Shown: positions 9,910 through 21,424, numbered from the stretch's first letter. The stretch: 64,000 bases of DNA from an uncultured delta proteobacterium (GCA_963808625.1 CAWEHK010000008.1:160001-224000), one strand, 5' to 3'. A program made the numbers and translations. The notes: generated by a model not told the origin, from the sequence alone.

Positions 9910-10356
9910 TCATACCAGATGAATGATCTCGACGTTGCCCCATTGATCGGCCAGGTATTCGGCCACGAGGCGGCGGTGGCAGAATTGCGGGGTTTCCTCA
10001 CTGCACAGGAGACAGCTCCGGTGGATGAGGTCCTTCGGGACGAGCCTCTCGATCTGCCGCTGAGCGATGAGTTTCCAGGAAATCTCTTTCGTAGGCCGAC
10101 CAGTCGCCGCCGCTCTTGCGGAAGGCATCGAGGAGCTCTTTGGTGGGGGCGAGTTCGAGCCGGTGCACGTAGTCGGCGCCGCAGAGGGCTTTGAGAAAAA
10201 CCGCAGGTCATCCCGTTTGGCAAAACCGGCGAGCTGGGAGACATTATTCAGGCGGATGTCAACGATCCGTTGAACGCCGGCCCGGGAGAGCATCGTAAAA
10301 AACTGCTCGGCTGATTTTTTCGTAAAACCGATGGTGAAGAGCTTTATTCGTTCCAT
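9910..10356 (-). CDS. DUF488 family protein (internal compensating frameshifts)
   Basis: LFTIGFTKKSAEQFF, VDIRLNNVSQLAGFAK, LLCSEETPQFCHRRLVAEYL. Confidence 0.85.
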   Translation of the reverse strand: MERIKLFTIGFTKKSAEQFFTMLSRAGVQRIVDIRLNNVSQLAGFAKRDDLRFFSKPSAAPTTCTGSNSPPPKSSSMPSARAAATGRPTKEISWKLIAQRQIERLVPKDLIHRSCLLCSEETPQFCHRRLVAEYLADQWGNVEIIHLV

Positions 10357-10978
10357 GACTGCTGTCCCTCGGCTTCTGGATCAACTTCTTGCGGGTATCA
10401 TCATCCCTGACGTAAGCGATTCTCTCGCCCTGGATGTCGTAAGCCCGCTGAATCAAATCTTCCGGGCGGTCGAACATCCGCAGCTGGCGCATTTTGAGCT
10501 CGATCATCAGGCGCCGTTCCGATTCCTGAAGGGTCTCGAGCCTGCCATCCTCCAAAATGTGGCAGATGGCTATCGGGTCAGACCGCAGCGCGCGGCACAC
10601 CAGGATCATCCGGTGGCAGGAATCGGATCTTTTTCCGCACACATGAGGGCAATGCGATAGGCTTCTCATGCCCGTGCGCACGCGCTCGAGGCCATGCTGA
10701 AAAACTTCGGTCTGAGCCAGGCGCCCATACTGAACCTTGCCGTTCAGGTAACAGGCCGGGTCTTCACTGCGCGGCCCGAGCTCGGCGCCGAGAAAAACAT
10801 AGGCAAGGTGATTTTCCTTCAGCGCTTTCTGTAGCGGTTCACGATTGTACTGGGGGTTGAATTTGCTGTAGGGGCTCGAACGCACATCGCCAACGGCGGT
10901 GATGGCGTGCATTTTCAGCAGTTCCATGAAGTGTTCGAGATCGTGATTGGAATGACCGATGGTGTATAGTTTATTCAT
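10356..10978 (-). CDS. DUF488 family protein (second subtype; 3' end approximate)
   Basis: LYTIGHSNH, DVRSSPYSKFNPQYN, YVFLGAELG; local frame correction gives YRIALMCAEKDPxxCHR. Confidence 0.85.
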
Positions 10979-11002
10979 CTCCCGATCCCGTAAACACGTA
11001 TA

Positions 11003-11748
11003 TCACCTTCGGGTGTTCCTGGAGCCCGCATCAACTGGCGGCAGGATGATGCCGGCCACCAGCTTGTAGCAGAAGCCTTCGAACGGTTCACTGATGCTGA
11101 CCGTCAGGTAGGACGGAACGCCCGTCAACGGGATAGCGGCCGGAAGCCGACTGCAGATAGCGGGCCTCGATGGCCGGATCGGTGACTGTCAGCCGGTAGG
11201 TTTCTCCCTTATAAGCGAATTCCGACCAGATCTTTTGCAACCCCCGAATGCCCTCCCCAACGACGATGAAGAGGTCTTCCGGCTGAATGAAGAGCAAGGA
11301 CGAGGACAGCGCCCGGCGAGTTCCAACGGCATGCGGTCATGCCGTCCGTTGAAGCTGTGGTAGCCGTTTATCCACAAACACTCTACGTCATCGCAGAGTT
11401 CCGGCAGCCGGGCGAAGGGGAAAGCGCCGTTCCGGACCCACCGGCCCTCGGCGGTACGGTGGTTTTCCGTTTGGTAAGCATGCGGGCAGGCTTCCTTCAC
11501 ATGGATGGTGATGATGTCCAGCAGCTTCGGCGCTTCTCCGTTTTGCATGCGCGATGTCGGTAGGCCCGAGCTCGCCCGTTGCTTCCCCGCTGACCGGCCT
11601 GATCCAGCCGCCGATGCCATCCCCGAGCAATTCCTTGCCCGCGACGCAGCACCCCGAGTATTTGCGGGAATTGGCCAGGCAGACGATTTTCCTGGTCTCG
11701 TGCTGGCCGGGTAATTGCGGGCGCCGGAGGCAAAGCTGCCCGGGTCAT
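11003..11748 (-). CDS. Dual OB-fold domain protein (several frameshifts; possibly fused to RecQ)
   Basis: Stitched translation KIVCLANSRKYSGCCVAGKE...GWIRPVS...PKLLDII...YQTENH...YRLTVTDP...YLTVSISEPFEGFCYKLVAGII. Confidence 0.72.
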
Positions 11749-11749
11749 G

Positions 11750-13987
11750 GAGACTCAAAAAGTGCAGGCGGATCACTTTGAAGATCATCATAGCCGACTT
11801 CCTCGTTCAAGGCTTCGAAGACCGGCCGGAGATATTGCGGACCAAGCTCTTCGAAGCGCGGCCATCGCCCTCGATAACTGGTCTTCGGGAACGGTCAGGC
11901 GCGCTTCGAATCCTCCGGGCCGTAGCGCATATCCGGCCTGAGAGTATCGAAAGAGATGATCCAGAACCGTCGCCTCCTTGATGCCGAATTCTCTGCGCCA
12001 GATCAGCAACGGATTGCCCGGCGTTGAACGCCTCGCCAATCACGATGTGCCGCCGCCTCCCGCCCGCCCTCGGCGCTGGCTGGGAGGCGGCTCGGGCGGG
12101 TGCCGAGGAATGGCCTCGATGGAACGATCCCGGCAATAGCTCTCGATGATCGACATGAAAGTGGCGCCATAGCTTCTCGAGCTTCGCTTCTCCAACGCCA
12201 TGGATGGTGAGCATGCCTTCCGCGGTCTGCGGAGGAAGGCGGCCATTTCGACCAGAGTGCGGTCGGAGAAGATCACATACGGAGGGAGTTTCGCGGCACG
12301 CTGCCAGCTCCCTGCGCTGCTGCCGCAACACCTCGAACAGCTCCTGATGGCAGGGCATCGGCCCTGTCTCCGCATCTTTCGCGGCAGCCTCACCGCAAAC
12401 AGTTTCTGATGGCGGGAAGCGGCCCTTCACCGGCATCTTTCCCCGGCGGCCGCGCCTCTTCGTGGGGGGCATCGATGCGGCAGCAGAAGGTTTCCCGGCC
12501 TTTGAGCACCTCCCATGCCCTGGCGCTCAGACGCAGTCCGCCGAAGTCCGCATCTTCGATCATAAGCCCCTGGTGAAGAAGCTGCCGCGCGAGCTGCTGC
12601 CACTGCTTGCGAGAATATTCCTTGCCGATGCCGTAAGTCGAAAGCTGGTCGTGCCTGCGGTTGAGGACCTTGTTCGCTCGCGAACCCAGCAGGACATCAA
12701 TGATATGATTGGCGCCAAAGTACTCGCCCGTGCGTTTGACACAGGACAGAAACTTCTGGGCCGGGATCGTTGCGTCCGTCGTTTCCCGTTCGCCGGCAAG
12801 GCAATTGTCACACATGCCGCACGAGGCGTCGGGAAAGGCCTCGCCAAAGTAGTTGAGCAGCGGAATGCGCCGGCAGACCTCGGATTCGACCAGCTTTATC
12901 ATGGCGTTGAGCTGCAGGTTGGCGGCCCTTCGGTCGAGGCCTTCCTTGTTCGCATGGAAAGTACTTGATCTTATGGATGTCCCCATAGGAAAAGAGCAGC
13001 AGGCATTCGGCCGGCAAGCCGTCTCGACCGGCGCGGCCGATTTCCTGGTAATAGCTTTCGATGCTTTTGGGCAGATCATAGTGAAGCACGAAGCGGATGT
13101 TCGATTTGTTGATCCCCATCCCAAAGGCGATGGTTGCCACAATGATGCGGACCTCATCCCGGACGAACCGCTCCTGGTTCCGATTCCGCTCCGTATCGGA
13201 CAAACCCGCGTGGTACGGGGAGGCGGAGAAACCCTCCCGGTTCAGAGCGACGACAGAGTTCATCAACCTGCCTGCGGGTAAAACAGTAAATGATGCCGGA
13301 TTCATTCGAGAATTTATTCAGGAAGGCGATGGCCTGGCGGAAGGGATCTTCTTTGGGGACGAAACGGATAAGGAGATTTTCCCGGTTGAAACTGGCAACG
13401 AATTCACTGGCATCGTCGAACCCCAGGCTGGCCTTGATGTCCTGCCGCACGCGCGGGGTTGCGGTCGCCGTGAGGGCGAGGCACACGGCCTCGGGCATCG
13501 CGGCTCGAACCTCAGCCAGTTGGCGATACTCGGGACGGAAATCCGGTCCCCATTCGGAGATGCAGTGAGCCTCATCAATCGCCAGGCAGGATACCGGGAC
13601 GGATTCAAACAGGCTGCGCACATTCGGCTTGAGCAGGGTCTCCGGCGCCACATAGAGCATCCTGGCCTGGCCTCGGCGCAGCCTTTCCACATTGCGCCGA
13701 TAATCCTCGGGGGACAAGGCGCTGTTCAGCAACACCGCCGGGACCGCCAACTCGGCAAGCTGTTCGACCTGGTCCTTCATGAGCGAGATGAGGGGTGACA
13801 CGACAATGGTGAGCCCTTCGAAGATCAGCGCAGGGACCTGGTAGCACAGTGATTTGCCGCCGCCGGTAGGCATCACCGCGAGCGTGTCCCGGCGTCGGAG
13901 CACGTTTTCGATGACCTCTTCCTGGAGAAAGATGAAGCCGTCGTACCCAAAGACCGACTTAAGGATATGTTTTGCCTGCTCGATCAC
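11750..13987 (-). CDS. recQ: DNA helicase RecQ with RQC, HRDC and C-terminal HTH (multiple frameshifts)
   Basis: MPTGGGKSLCYQ, IDEAHCISEWG, ALTATAT, ATIAFGMGI, YYQEIGRAGRDG, CRR...CGMCDNC, HRDC-like PPYVIFSDRTL. Confidence 0.92.
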
Positions 13988-14004
13988 GATTTACTCCGGG
14001 GCGG

Positions 14005-14346
14005 TCAGGAAAGGTGCCGGAGGTCAACTATTTTGTTGTAGATCCAGCCGATCATCGCCCCACACGACGTCCCGACAGCAAAACCATAAAAAAAGCCAAT
14101 GATACTTCCAGAAAATGAAACCGTATATCCAATAAAGAATTGACTGAGAAGTTGTAGATGCGGCCCAACGACATATTCCCCCTGGGCGTTGATATGTCCG
14201 CCTTTGATCAAGAGCCAATTGGTCGCGATGAAGACCGCAAGGCCTATGAGAAGACCTAAAATTAGCCCAAAGATTTTGGCATTAAGCCTAAGGACCCCGA
14301 TAAACAATTTCTCTTCATCTGTTTCTCTATTGGTAGCCATGTTCAT
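14005..14346 (-). CDS. Small membrane protein homologous to the C-terminal domain of the upstream oxidoreductase
   Basis: FIATNWLLIKGG...GPHLQLLSQFFIGYTVS aligns by eye with FVATIWLIIWGG...GPGLELLGQYFLGYSVT. Confidence 0.75.
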   Translation of the reverse strand: MNMATNRETDEEKLFIGVLRLNAKIFGLILGLLIGLAVFIATNWLLIKGGHINAQGEYVVGPHLQLLSQFFIGYTVSFSGSIIGFFYGFAVGTSCGAMIGWIYNKIVDLRHLS

Positions 14347-14352
14347 ATCCCA

Positions 14353-16191
14353 TCAGAAATGATCCAGGAAGTCTCTGAACGTCAGTACTTCTTCCTTCCT
14401 CTTAATTGAATAAATGTAATAGGCAAGGAAGAAATTCCTGAGGTATGCGAAAAGCCATCCGCCCAGAAATCCCCAGAGAAAGCTGTATGCCATGCCAATG
14501 AAGGCGCCTTTCACCGTTACCGAATAACCCAAGAAATACTGCCCGAGAAGCTCAAGACCCGGTCCTCGAACTTCGCCGCCCCATATGATTAACCATATGG
14601 TTGCGACAAAGGTGACGAAGCCGAAGACCGATCCCACGGCTGTAGCCAAGCCCAATTGGTCGATCCTGAGCATCATGCCGGCGAGGGCCTTCTTCAGGGC
14701 CGCCTGTTGTCCCGGTCCTTCCCTGATTTCCTCATGATATTCCTGTTCCTCATTGACTTCCCAGAGGTCATGATTTGCCCCTAGAATGTTTTCTGCCGCA
14801 AGCATCGCGGTCAGCATCGAGTGGTCCTGATTATTGTATTTGTGCATCCCATTGCGGCCCACACATTGAAAATTGACCACACCCAGCAGGAAGCGGCGCA
14901 CCTCCGCGAGCGATTCCCGATACGTTGAATCATAGATGGGATAAGCTTTGGGCATTCGTACCACAACACCATCTATAACGGCGTTTGCCTCGACCAATCC
15001 CAGGCGCTCCAATTCTTTTTTCCCGAGTTCGATCAATCCCTCATCGGGCATGGTCCAGAGACTGTCACCTTCGAAACAGAAGTATTCGAGCCCCAGACAG
15101 GTCCTGCCCGCATCAGGCACCATGAATGGGCTCCAATTCTTGAAGTTCTGGATCCTGCCCACTTTAACTTCAGGATCGTGGACATATATCCAATTGTCCG
15201 GAAAGACCTCACCTTGGTCGACGATAAGGGCTACCGTGAGGAAATCCCGGTACTTAAGATTTTCTGCCGCACCCAGCACGGCTGCCGGGACGGCGGGTTT
15301 GAACTTTGCGATGGCCTCCCGAATGGGCATGCTGCTGATGAAATCGGTGCCGTGGACCAGTTCTATATGCCCATGGCGTTCCACTTCCAGGGCCGTTACC
15401 CGGTTTCCGGACCACAAGATCCCGACGACCTCCGCTCCCTGCCAAACCTGGGAACCGTTTTTCTCCACGATATCCGCCGCCGTTTGCCACATCATGCCGG
15501 GACCGAATTTGGGATAGTCGAATTCCTCAATCAGGGTTTTGATCTTCTTGCTGCTCTGCGCACTGCGGATGAGGGCATTTTTCAGGGCGGTCAAGAGAGA
15601 AAGGCCCCGGATTCTCTGCGCCGCCCATTCGGCCCGGATTTCACTGCAGGGCATACCCCAGACTTTTTCCGAATAGGTCTTGAAAAAGGTCCTGTATAGC
15701 CGCTCCCCAAAACGGTTGACGACCCAGTGTTCGATCGTTTCTTCATTTTTCCAGGGGAACAGCCGGGCGTAAAGGAAGCTGAGCAGGACCAGGAAGCTGT
15801 TCCATATGCCCAGTCGGAACAGAGCATTGAGGGGGCGCAGAGGGTAGGCAAAGAATTTCTTGTTGTAGTAGATTCTCGAAAGTCTCTTGCGTCGAAGGAG
15901 GTCCTCGCCCAGCAGTTCCCTCCACAGATTATCCACTGACTTGATCTTCGTGAAAAAGCGATGCCCGCCGATATCAAAATAATAGCCGCGATGATTGACG
16001 GTCCTTGAAATCCCGCCAACCGTCCGGTCTTTTTCAAGCACAATCGATTCCACGCCGGCTTGAGCGAGAACATACGCTGCAGTCAGGCCCGCGGGACCGG
16101 CACCAACGACTACCGCTTTCCTGCTGTCGGACTTGTTGGGGGACTCCGCCATCACCGTCCCCCGGGTATTCTCAGCTGCCAAGGGAGCCAT
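14353..16191 (-). CDS. FAD-dependent oxidoreductase (UDP-galactopyranose mutase/protoporphyrinogen oxidase-like) with C-terminal membrane domain
   Basis: VGAGPAGLTAAY, FDIGGHRFFTK, YSEKVWG, GRNGMHKYNNQDHSM. Confidence 0.85.
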   Translation of the reverse strand: MAPLAAENTRGTVMAESPNKSDSRKAVVVGAGPAGLTAAYVLAQAGVESIVLEKDRTVGGISRTVNHRGYYFDIGGHRFFTKIKSVDNLWRELLGEDLLRRKRLSRIYYNKKFFAYPLRPLNALFRLGIWNSFLVLLSFLYARLFPWKNEETIEHWVVNRFGERLYRTFFKTYSEKVWGMPCSEIRAEWAAQRIRGLSLLTALKNALIRSAQSSKKIKTLIEEFDYPKFGPGMMWQTAADIVEKNGSQVWQGAEVVGILWSGNRVTALEVERHGHIELVHGTDFISSMPIREAIAKFKPAVPAAVLGAAENLKYRDFLTVALIVDQGEVFPDNWIYVHDPEVKVGRIQNFKNWSPFMVPDAGRTCLGLEYFCFEGDSLWTMPDEGLIELGKKELERLGLVEANAVIDGVVVRMPKAYPIYDSTYRESLAEVRRFLLGVVNFQCVGRNGMHKYNNQDHSMLTAMLAAENILGANHDLWEVNEEQEYHEEIREGPGQQAALKKALAGMMLRIDQLGLATAVGSVFGFVTFVATIWLIIWGGEVRGPGLELLGQYFLGYSVTVKGAFIGMAYSFLWGFLGGWLFAYLRNFFLAYYIYSIKRKEEVLTFRDFLDHF

Positions 16192-16215
16192 TATGAACGA
16201 TTCTCCTTCTCCGGC

Positions 16216-17674
16216 TCACCGGTCACTCTCGGTGGCACTATGCCAAGGTTTTTCGCCATCTGACGAGAGATTGGTTTCACCCAGGAACAAATAGAAGAGG
16301 AGAATCGCACCGGTCATTACCGTCAGTTTCAACAGGAGCAGGATGCCCGGAGCCGACCAGGATGCCGTGATCGCGTAGACGACCCCTGAGACCATAAGAC
16401 TCCCCAACAAGGCTTTCGCGGTCGGAAGAATTCCCCACAGGCGATAGGTGGCAAATGCCGAAGCCAGCGCCGCCCAACACGGCGCAGCAGGTGGTTACCG
16501 ACGCCGCCCCGATGGCGCCGAATCGCGGGATCATGACGAGGTGGCCGATGACGGCCAGGGGCACCAGGGGACCGCCCAGGGCAAAAGCCCAGACAGGCTT
16601 TCCGCCTGCCGTTAAAATGTTTGAGGAAACCGAGATAAAGACCATGGCAAGGGCCCCAAAAACCAGGATGGCGAGTACCGGCGCAGCAGAGGAATAGGCC
16701 GGGCCATAGACCAACACCGTGATCTCGGACGCGGCCCCGGCGGCCATGGCCGCAAACGGCAACAGCGCGATCACCGCTCGCTGGGCCTGACCGCCCATGT
16801 CCTTGGCGGAGCGGTCATGCTTGTCGATGAGCAGGCGGTTTATGGTGGAGAGCAGGAGCGGAGAAAAGGAGAGCACCAAAATGCCGGGAGGGATGATTGA
16901 CAGGTTTTGCGCCGCGCCATAAATGCCCGCCGCCGCGACACTGCCGCCCAGCACGGTGAGGGCAAAGAGATCCAGTTTTTCGAAGATTTGCATGCTCATC
17001 CCATAGGAAAACAGAGGGATCGAGTATTCCATGAATCTCCGCAGGGGAAAATGCGAACCGCCAGACAGGCCCGGACGAATAAAATACCGGCAGACCGCCA
17101 GTTCCGCGACGGTTGCGCCAATGTTGCCCAGGATGGCGCCGGGTACGGAAAGGCCCAGCTCAACCAGAAAGGCTATAAGGACCAATCTTGTGGTATAGCG
17201 ACCACCGCTGGCCAGTGCCCGCTGTCTGAAACCGCCGACACCGATAAGGATGTATTTGTGCGCCAGGACCAGCGAAAACAGGGGAACATCAAGGGCAAAG
17301 AGTCTCACATAATCAGCGATCAGGGGCTCACCCATCAGCGCAGCAAGCGGCGTGGCCAGCAAAAAGAGCAGGCCGGCCAGGGCGCAGCCCATGAGAAAAT
17401 GCATCCGCGTAAGATTTGCCCCAATTGGCTTCCAGTTCTCAGCCTCACTCACCAATTTGACCGTGGTGCGCGCGAACAGCGACGCGATGCTGGCTTCGGT
17501 CCACGCAATCAGGACCGCAGCAAGGGTGTAAAGGCCATACCCTGCCGGGCCGAGGCGGCGGGTCAGGAAGACGACGACCAGGAAACCGGTCGGCAAGGCT
17601 AAACCCTCACCGAGGAAGGACCACAAGGTGCCCTTGAGGGTGTGGCGAGCCGCTTGCGAAAATGACTCAGTCAT
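16216..17674 (-). CDS. Wzx-type oligosaccharide flippase (frameshift near 16450)
   Basis: Many TM segments; LTRRLGPAGYG, AAGIYGAAQ, IPRFGAIGAA. Confidence 0.85.
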
Positions 17675-18779
17675 TTCTTCCTCGCACCCACGCCGAGAAG
17701 AATCCCAGGGTGTTTGCCGCCTGTGACACCAGCAGCAGCCACACAAGCAACATCCGCTGTCCAAGAGTCTGACTTGAAATCCCCCTGAATCCCCCTTTGC
17801 AAAAGGGGGACTTACTCTTGGCTGTCGGAGAACTTACGGTTCCCTTCATTTCGGAGGTTTTGTGACTCCCCCTTGGATGGAGGACTTACGGCTCCCCCCT
17901 TTGATAAAGGGGGGTTGGGGGGGATTTTGGAGTCGAGCGATCCGCAAAACCTGACTTTCTCGACAGCCTCTAAACGGGTAAAGGATCAAGTTCAGATAAA
18001 AGATTTTGGTTCAGGCAGGAAGGAACCTCGCCGCTTCCTCGGCGCGCACCCGGTGGAACAGGTAAGCCCCACAGCCGTAACCAAAATGCTGTCGCCAGAA
18101 ACTGCGGAACGTCAGAGCATGGGCGTGATAGACAATCGCTCTTGGCTCGTGAATCATGCCATATCCAAAGTCGAGCCAGCGCCGGCAAAGTTCCCTGTCT
18201 TCTGCTGCGGCAAGCGGATACCGGGGGTTGAAGCCGCCGACGAGGCGAAATCCCTTAGCCGGCATCGCCAGGTTATTGGAGGCGAGAAAACGTGAATGAA
18301 GAGGGTCCGCATTATAGTAGGAATGCAAATAGTCGATGAGCAGTTGACTGGCGGCTGAATAGCGGTTCTGCCGGAGGACATTGACGGTGCTCCCGCCGAC
18401 CGCACAATCCGGTGACGCGGCAACGCGGTCGGCCAGTCTCTTCAGCCAGTCGGCGGCAGGGACACAGTCGTCATCAAGGAACGACAAAAATTCACCTCTT
18501 GCGACCTCGGCACCGGTATTCCTGGCCACGGCAGGACCGGCATGCGGCTGCTCCAGAATGGTCAAGCTAAGGAATTCTTTGAGGTAGTCCAGTGGTTCTT
18601 TCCGGGGTTTCCCCTTGCCGTCGATAACCACGATGACCTCGAAGTGGTTCGCGGGGATAATCAAGACGAGCAAGGCCTTGCAGACAAACAAGGAGTTGTT
18701 CCGGGCGATTGTAGGACGGAATGATAATGGAAAAAGAGGGCCATCGCCGTCCCTTCGGGCAGCTCACCTCGGTCGTCAT
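17667..18779 (-). pseudogene. GT2 glycosyltransferase, frameshifted and interrupted near its 3' end by a MITE
   Basis: SIIIPSYNR, GPAVARNTG, FLDDDC, AEDRELC; its tail LLVSQAANTLGF (17667-17760) matches the paralog tail LMASQAANFSGF. Confidence 0.75.
17820..17968. mobile_element. 149-bp MITE with GGCTGTCG(G)AGAA / TTCTCGACAGCC terminal inverted repeats
   Basis: TIRs visible; internal CCCCCCTTT...AAAGGGGGG hairpin; removing it rejoins the GT2 C-terminal frame. Confidence 0.7.
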
Positions 18780-19682
18780 TTCCCGTGCCTCTGCTCTCTC
18801 GTTCGCCTTGCCCATTCCCACAGGAAACCCGAGAAATTCGCCGCCTGGGACGCCATCAGCAGCAAGGAAATCAACAAGGATCGCCCTCCGGACTTCAGCC
18901 TGAAGGGATACCGCAACAAATTTGAATAGAACCTTCCAGGCTCCACCCGAACCCTCTCCTGTCCCCGGTTCGAGCGCACCTGCTGATAGAGGAACGCCCC
19001 GCGACCATACTTGAAATGCTGCTTGCAGAAGCTCCTGAAGGTCAAGTGGTGGGCATGGTAGACAATCGCCTCCGGGGCATAGGTCATACCGTAGCCACAG
19101 TACAGCCATCGGTCGCAGAATTCACGGTCTTCCGTGGAGATGCGAAGGGCAGGGTCGAAGCCTCCCAGTTCGCGGAAAAGCCTGGCCGGCAGGGCCAGAT
19201 TGTTGCCGGCAAAGAACGTAGCCCGGTTCGCGTCGGCATTGTAATAGGCGTAGAGGTAATCGATAAGAAGCTGGCTGGCTGCGGCATAAGGGTTGTCTTC
19301 GAGCTGATTGACCGTTCTTCCGCCAATGAGGCGATCCGGCGCAGCCGCAAAACGCGCCGCCAGGTTTGACAACCAGTCGGGAGCCGGAGCCGCATCGTCG
19401 TCCGTGAAGACCAGGAGTTCTCCCCGCGCCTGCCCGGCTCCGGCGTTTCGCGCCGGCCCACAACCCAGGTTTGGCTGGGTGAGCAGGACCAGGTTCAACC
19501 GGGAACGAAAGCGGAGCAATTATTGGTTCCAGCGGGATCTTGCTGCCATCATCCACGACGATGACCTCAAAACGGTCCCCCGGATAGTCCAACCGAGCAA
19601 GGGCTTGAAGACAGGCAGCAAGTTGTGCCGGGCGATTGTAGCTCGGGACAACGATAGAAATGAAAGTGTGTCTCTCGGTCAT
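18776..19682 (-). CDS. GT2 glycosyltransferase (frameshift near 19515)
   Basis: SIVVPSYNR, FEVIVVDDGS, GPARNAGA, VFTDDD, TEDREFC. Confidence 0.88.
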
Positions 19683-19718
19683 CAAACTCAATCCCGTTTT
19701 GAAACGCTGCTGGCCCAC

Positions 19719-19872
19719 CTAGTACTAAAACGGGTACTTTCGCGTGAAACTCCAATCCGTGTGGGGCAGGCTTTCCAGCCTGCCATTTGGCCGAAGCTGG
19801 CCAAATGGCAGGCTGGAAAGCCTGCCCCACATGGATTAGGACCCCATGCGGAAAGCTCCGTTGTAGTACTAG
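19719..19872. mobile_element. MITE-like element with 15-bp TIRs and an internal REP doublet
   Basis: ctagtactaaaacgg ... ccgttgtagtactag (1 mismatch) around gtggggcaggctttccagcctgcc...ggcaggctggaaagcctgccccac. Confidence 0.7.
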
Positions 19873-20139
19873 GAACCGGCCAAAAAGAACTTGCTCTCAT
19901 CCTGAGTCTACTGCAAACCACGAAACACACGAAAAACAGGAGGCTCTCTATTAACACGATTCAGCAGAATCACCAAGGCAAGTTGCCAGCTGCACGGTCT
20001 CTTCAACCGGCAGGACTTGCGCACTGCGAGGGCTGCAGTTCAGCGCGTCGATCTTGATTAGCGCATGCATAGCGGGCTATATTAGCACCCATCGAAACGT
20101 TCCGGCATCATATGAAAACAGGATCGTGATAAGGAGGGA

Positions 20140-21253
20140 ATGCTGCAGCGGATAGCGAACCTAAAGAAGAGAGGCCAGTTGCTGAGGGGGCTTGTCGATG
20201 GTCAGGCGGCTTTCACCGGACCCTACTACCTGGATGTGGAAGTTACCAGGCGCTGCAATATGTATTGCCTGGGTTGCCAATTCCATGCCTCAAAATCATG
20301 GGGGGCCGCCCCCGGCGACCATGCGGTGAAGGACATACCGCTATCGTTAGTTGAGCGGCTGTCCCGGGAACTGTCCAGGCTCAGCGTCCGTGAGGTGATC
20401 GTGATCGGCGAGGGAGAGCCTTTGTTGCATCCCCAGTTGTTTGACATCGTGGCGGCGTTCAAACAGGCCGGCTGCGGTGTCCATGATCTTCACCAACGGG
20501 ACTCTGATCGATGAAAACGTGGCCCGATCCATCCTGGATTCCGGTCTGGATGTCCTCAAAGTGTCCTTATGGGCAAGCAATTTGGAAGACTATAAGAAGA
20601 ATCATCCCGGGATTAACCCGAATAACTTTCAGAAGACCATGGATGGGGTGAAAATGGTTGCCGCCTTGAAAAAGGCGCGCGGCGCCAAGCGTCCTGCCAT
20701 CATCCTGACGCAACCGCTCAACCGCTACAATTACCGACCTGTCAGTGCCAGGATCGCCCTGGCGCAGTCCCTGGGTTGCGACGGCGTGCGCTTCTCGTGT
20801 TTCAATGCCTGGCAGAAAGAGTTCGCCGATGCCGACCTGACCGCGAAGGAAATCGACATCCTCCGCGAAGAATTGATCGAAGCCAAAAAGCACCTGCAAG
20901 CAATCCCCATGGTCCATAACATAGACAATGTCCTGCTGCGATACCGTTTGGGCGAAACCGCCTTTCGGAGCATTCCCTGCTATGCCGGATGGTTCTACAC
21001 GCGCGTCAAGGTAGATGGTACCGTGTTACCCTGCGGCTTCTGTTACTTCCCACTGGGCAACCTGACTGAAAGCAGCTTCGGAGAAATATGGAATGGGGCA
21101 AAGTACCGCTTCTTCCGCAGCCGGAGCTCAACCCTGACGGGCCTCGCGTCTCTCGGTGACTGCTGCAACTGCAACTGGTGTTGTTTCGTGGAAGATAACT
21201 TCCGCGTCCACAAATTCCTCAGATGGCTTGCTCCCTTTCGTGGAATCGGCTGA
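20140..21253 (+). CDS. Radical SAM/SPASM-twitch protein (frameshift near 20480)
   Basis: CNMYCLGC, GEGEPLLHP, FTNGTL, CYAGW...DGTVLPC...GNL...CCNCNWC. Confidence 0.88.
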
Positions 21254-21284
21254 AGTGCGGGGAGCTTCCGCCCCCACTCCAATG

Positions 21285-21424
21285 CTTAGAAACTGTCCAA
21301 AAATAACTTGCACCCATTTCAACCCTTTTTTTAACCACGAAAACGAGACACGAAGAAATCACTTTTTTCGTGATCTTCGGTGTTCGTGGTGAAAGAAGGC
21401 GCTTATTTTTGGACAACTTCTAAG
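21285..21424. mobile_element. MITE-like element with 22-bp TIRs
   Basis: cttagaaactgtccaaaaataa ... ttatttttggacaacttctaag (2 mismatches); internal CCACGAA...TTCGTGG palindrome. Confidence 0.7.

Noticed and set aside
9712..10244. Repetitive ORFs (LPLPLSLC / GRGRHRDK), and similar ones at 5101-5504 and 59653-59961
   Set aside because: Translations of non-coding tandem repeats.
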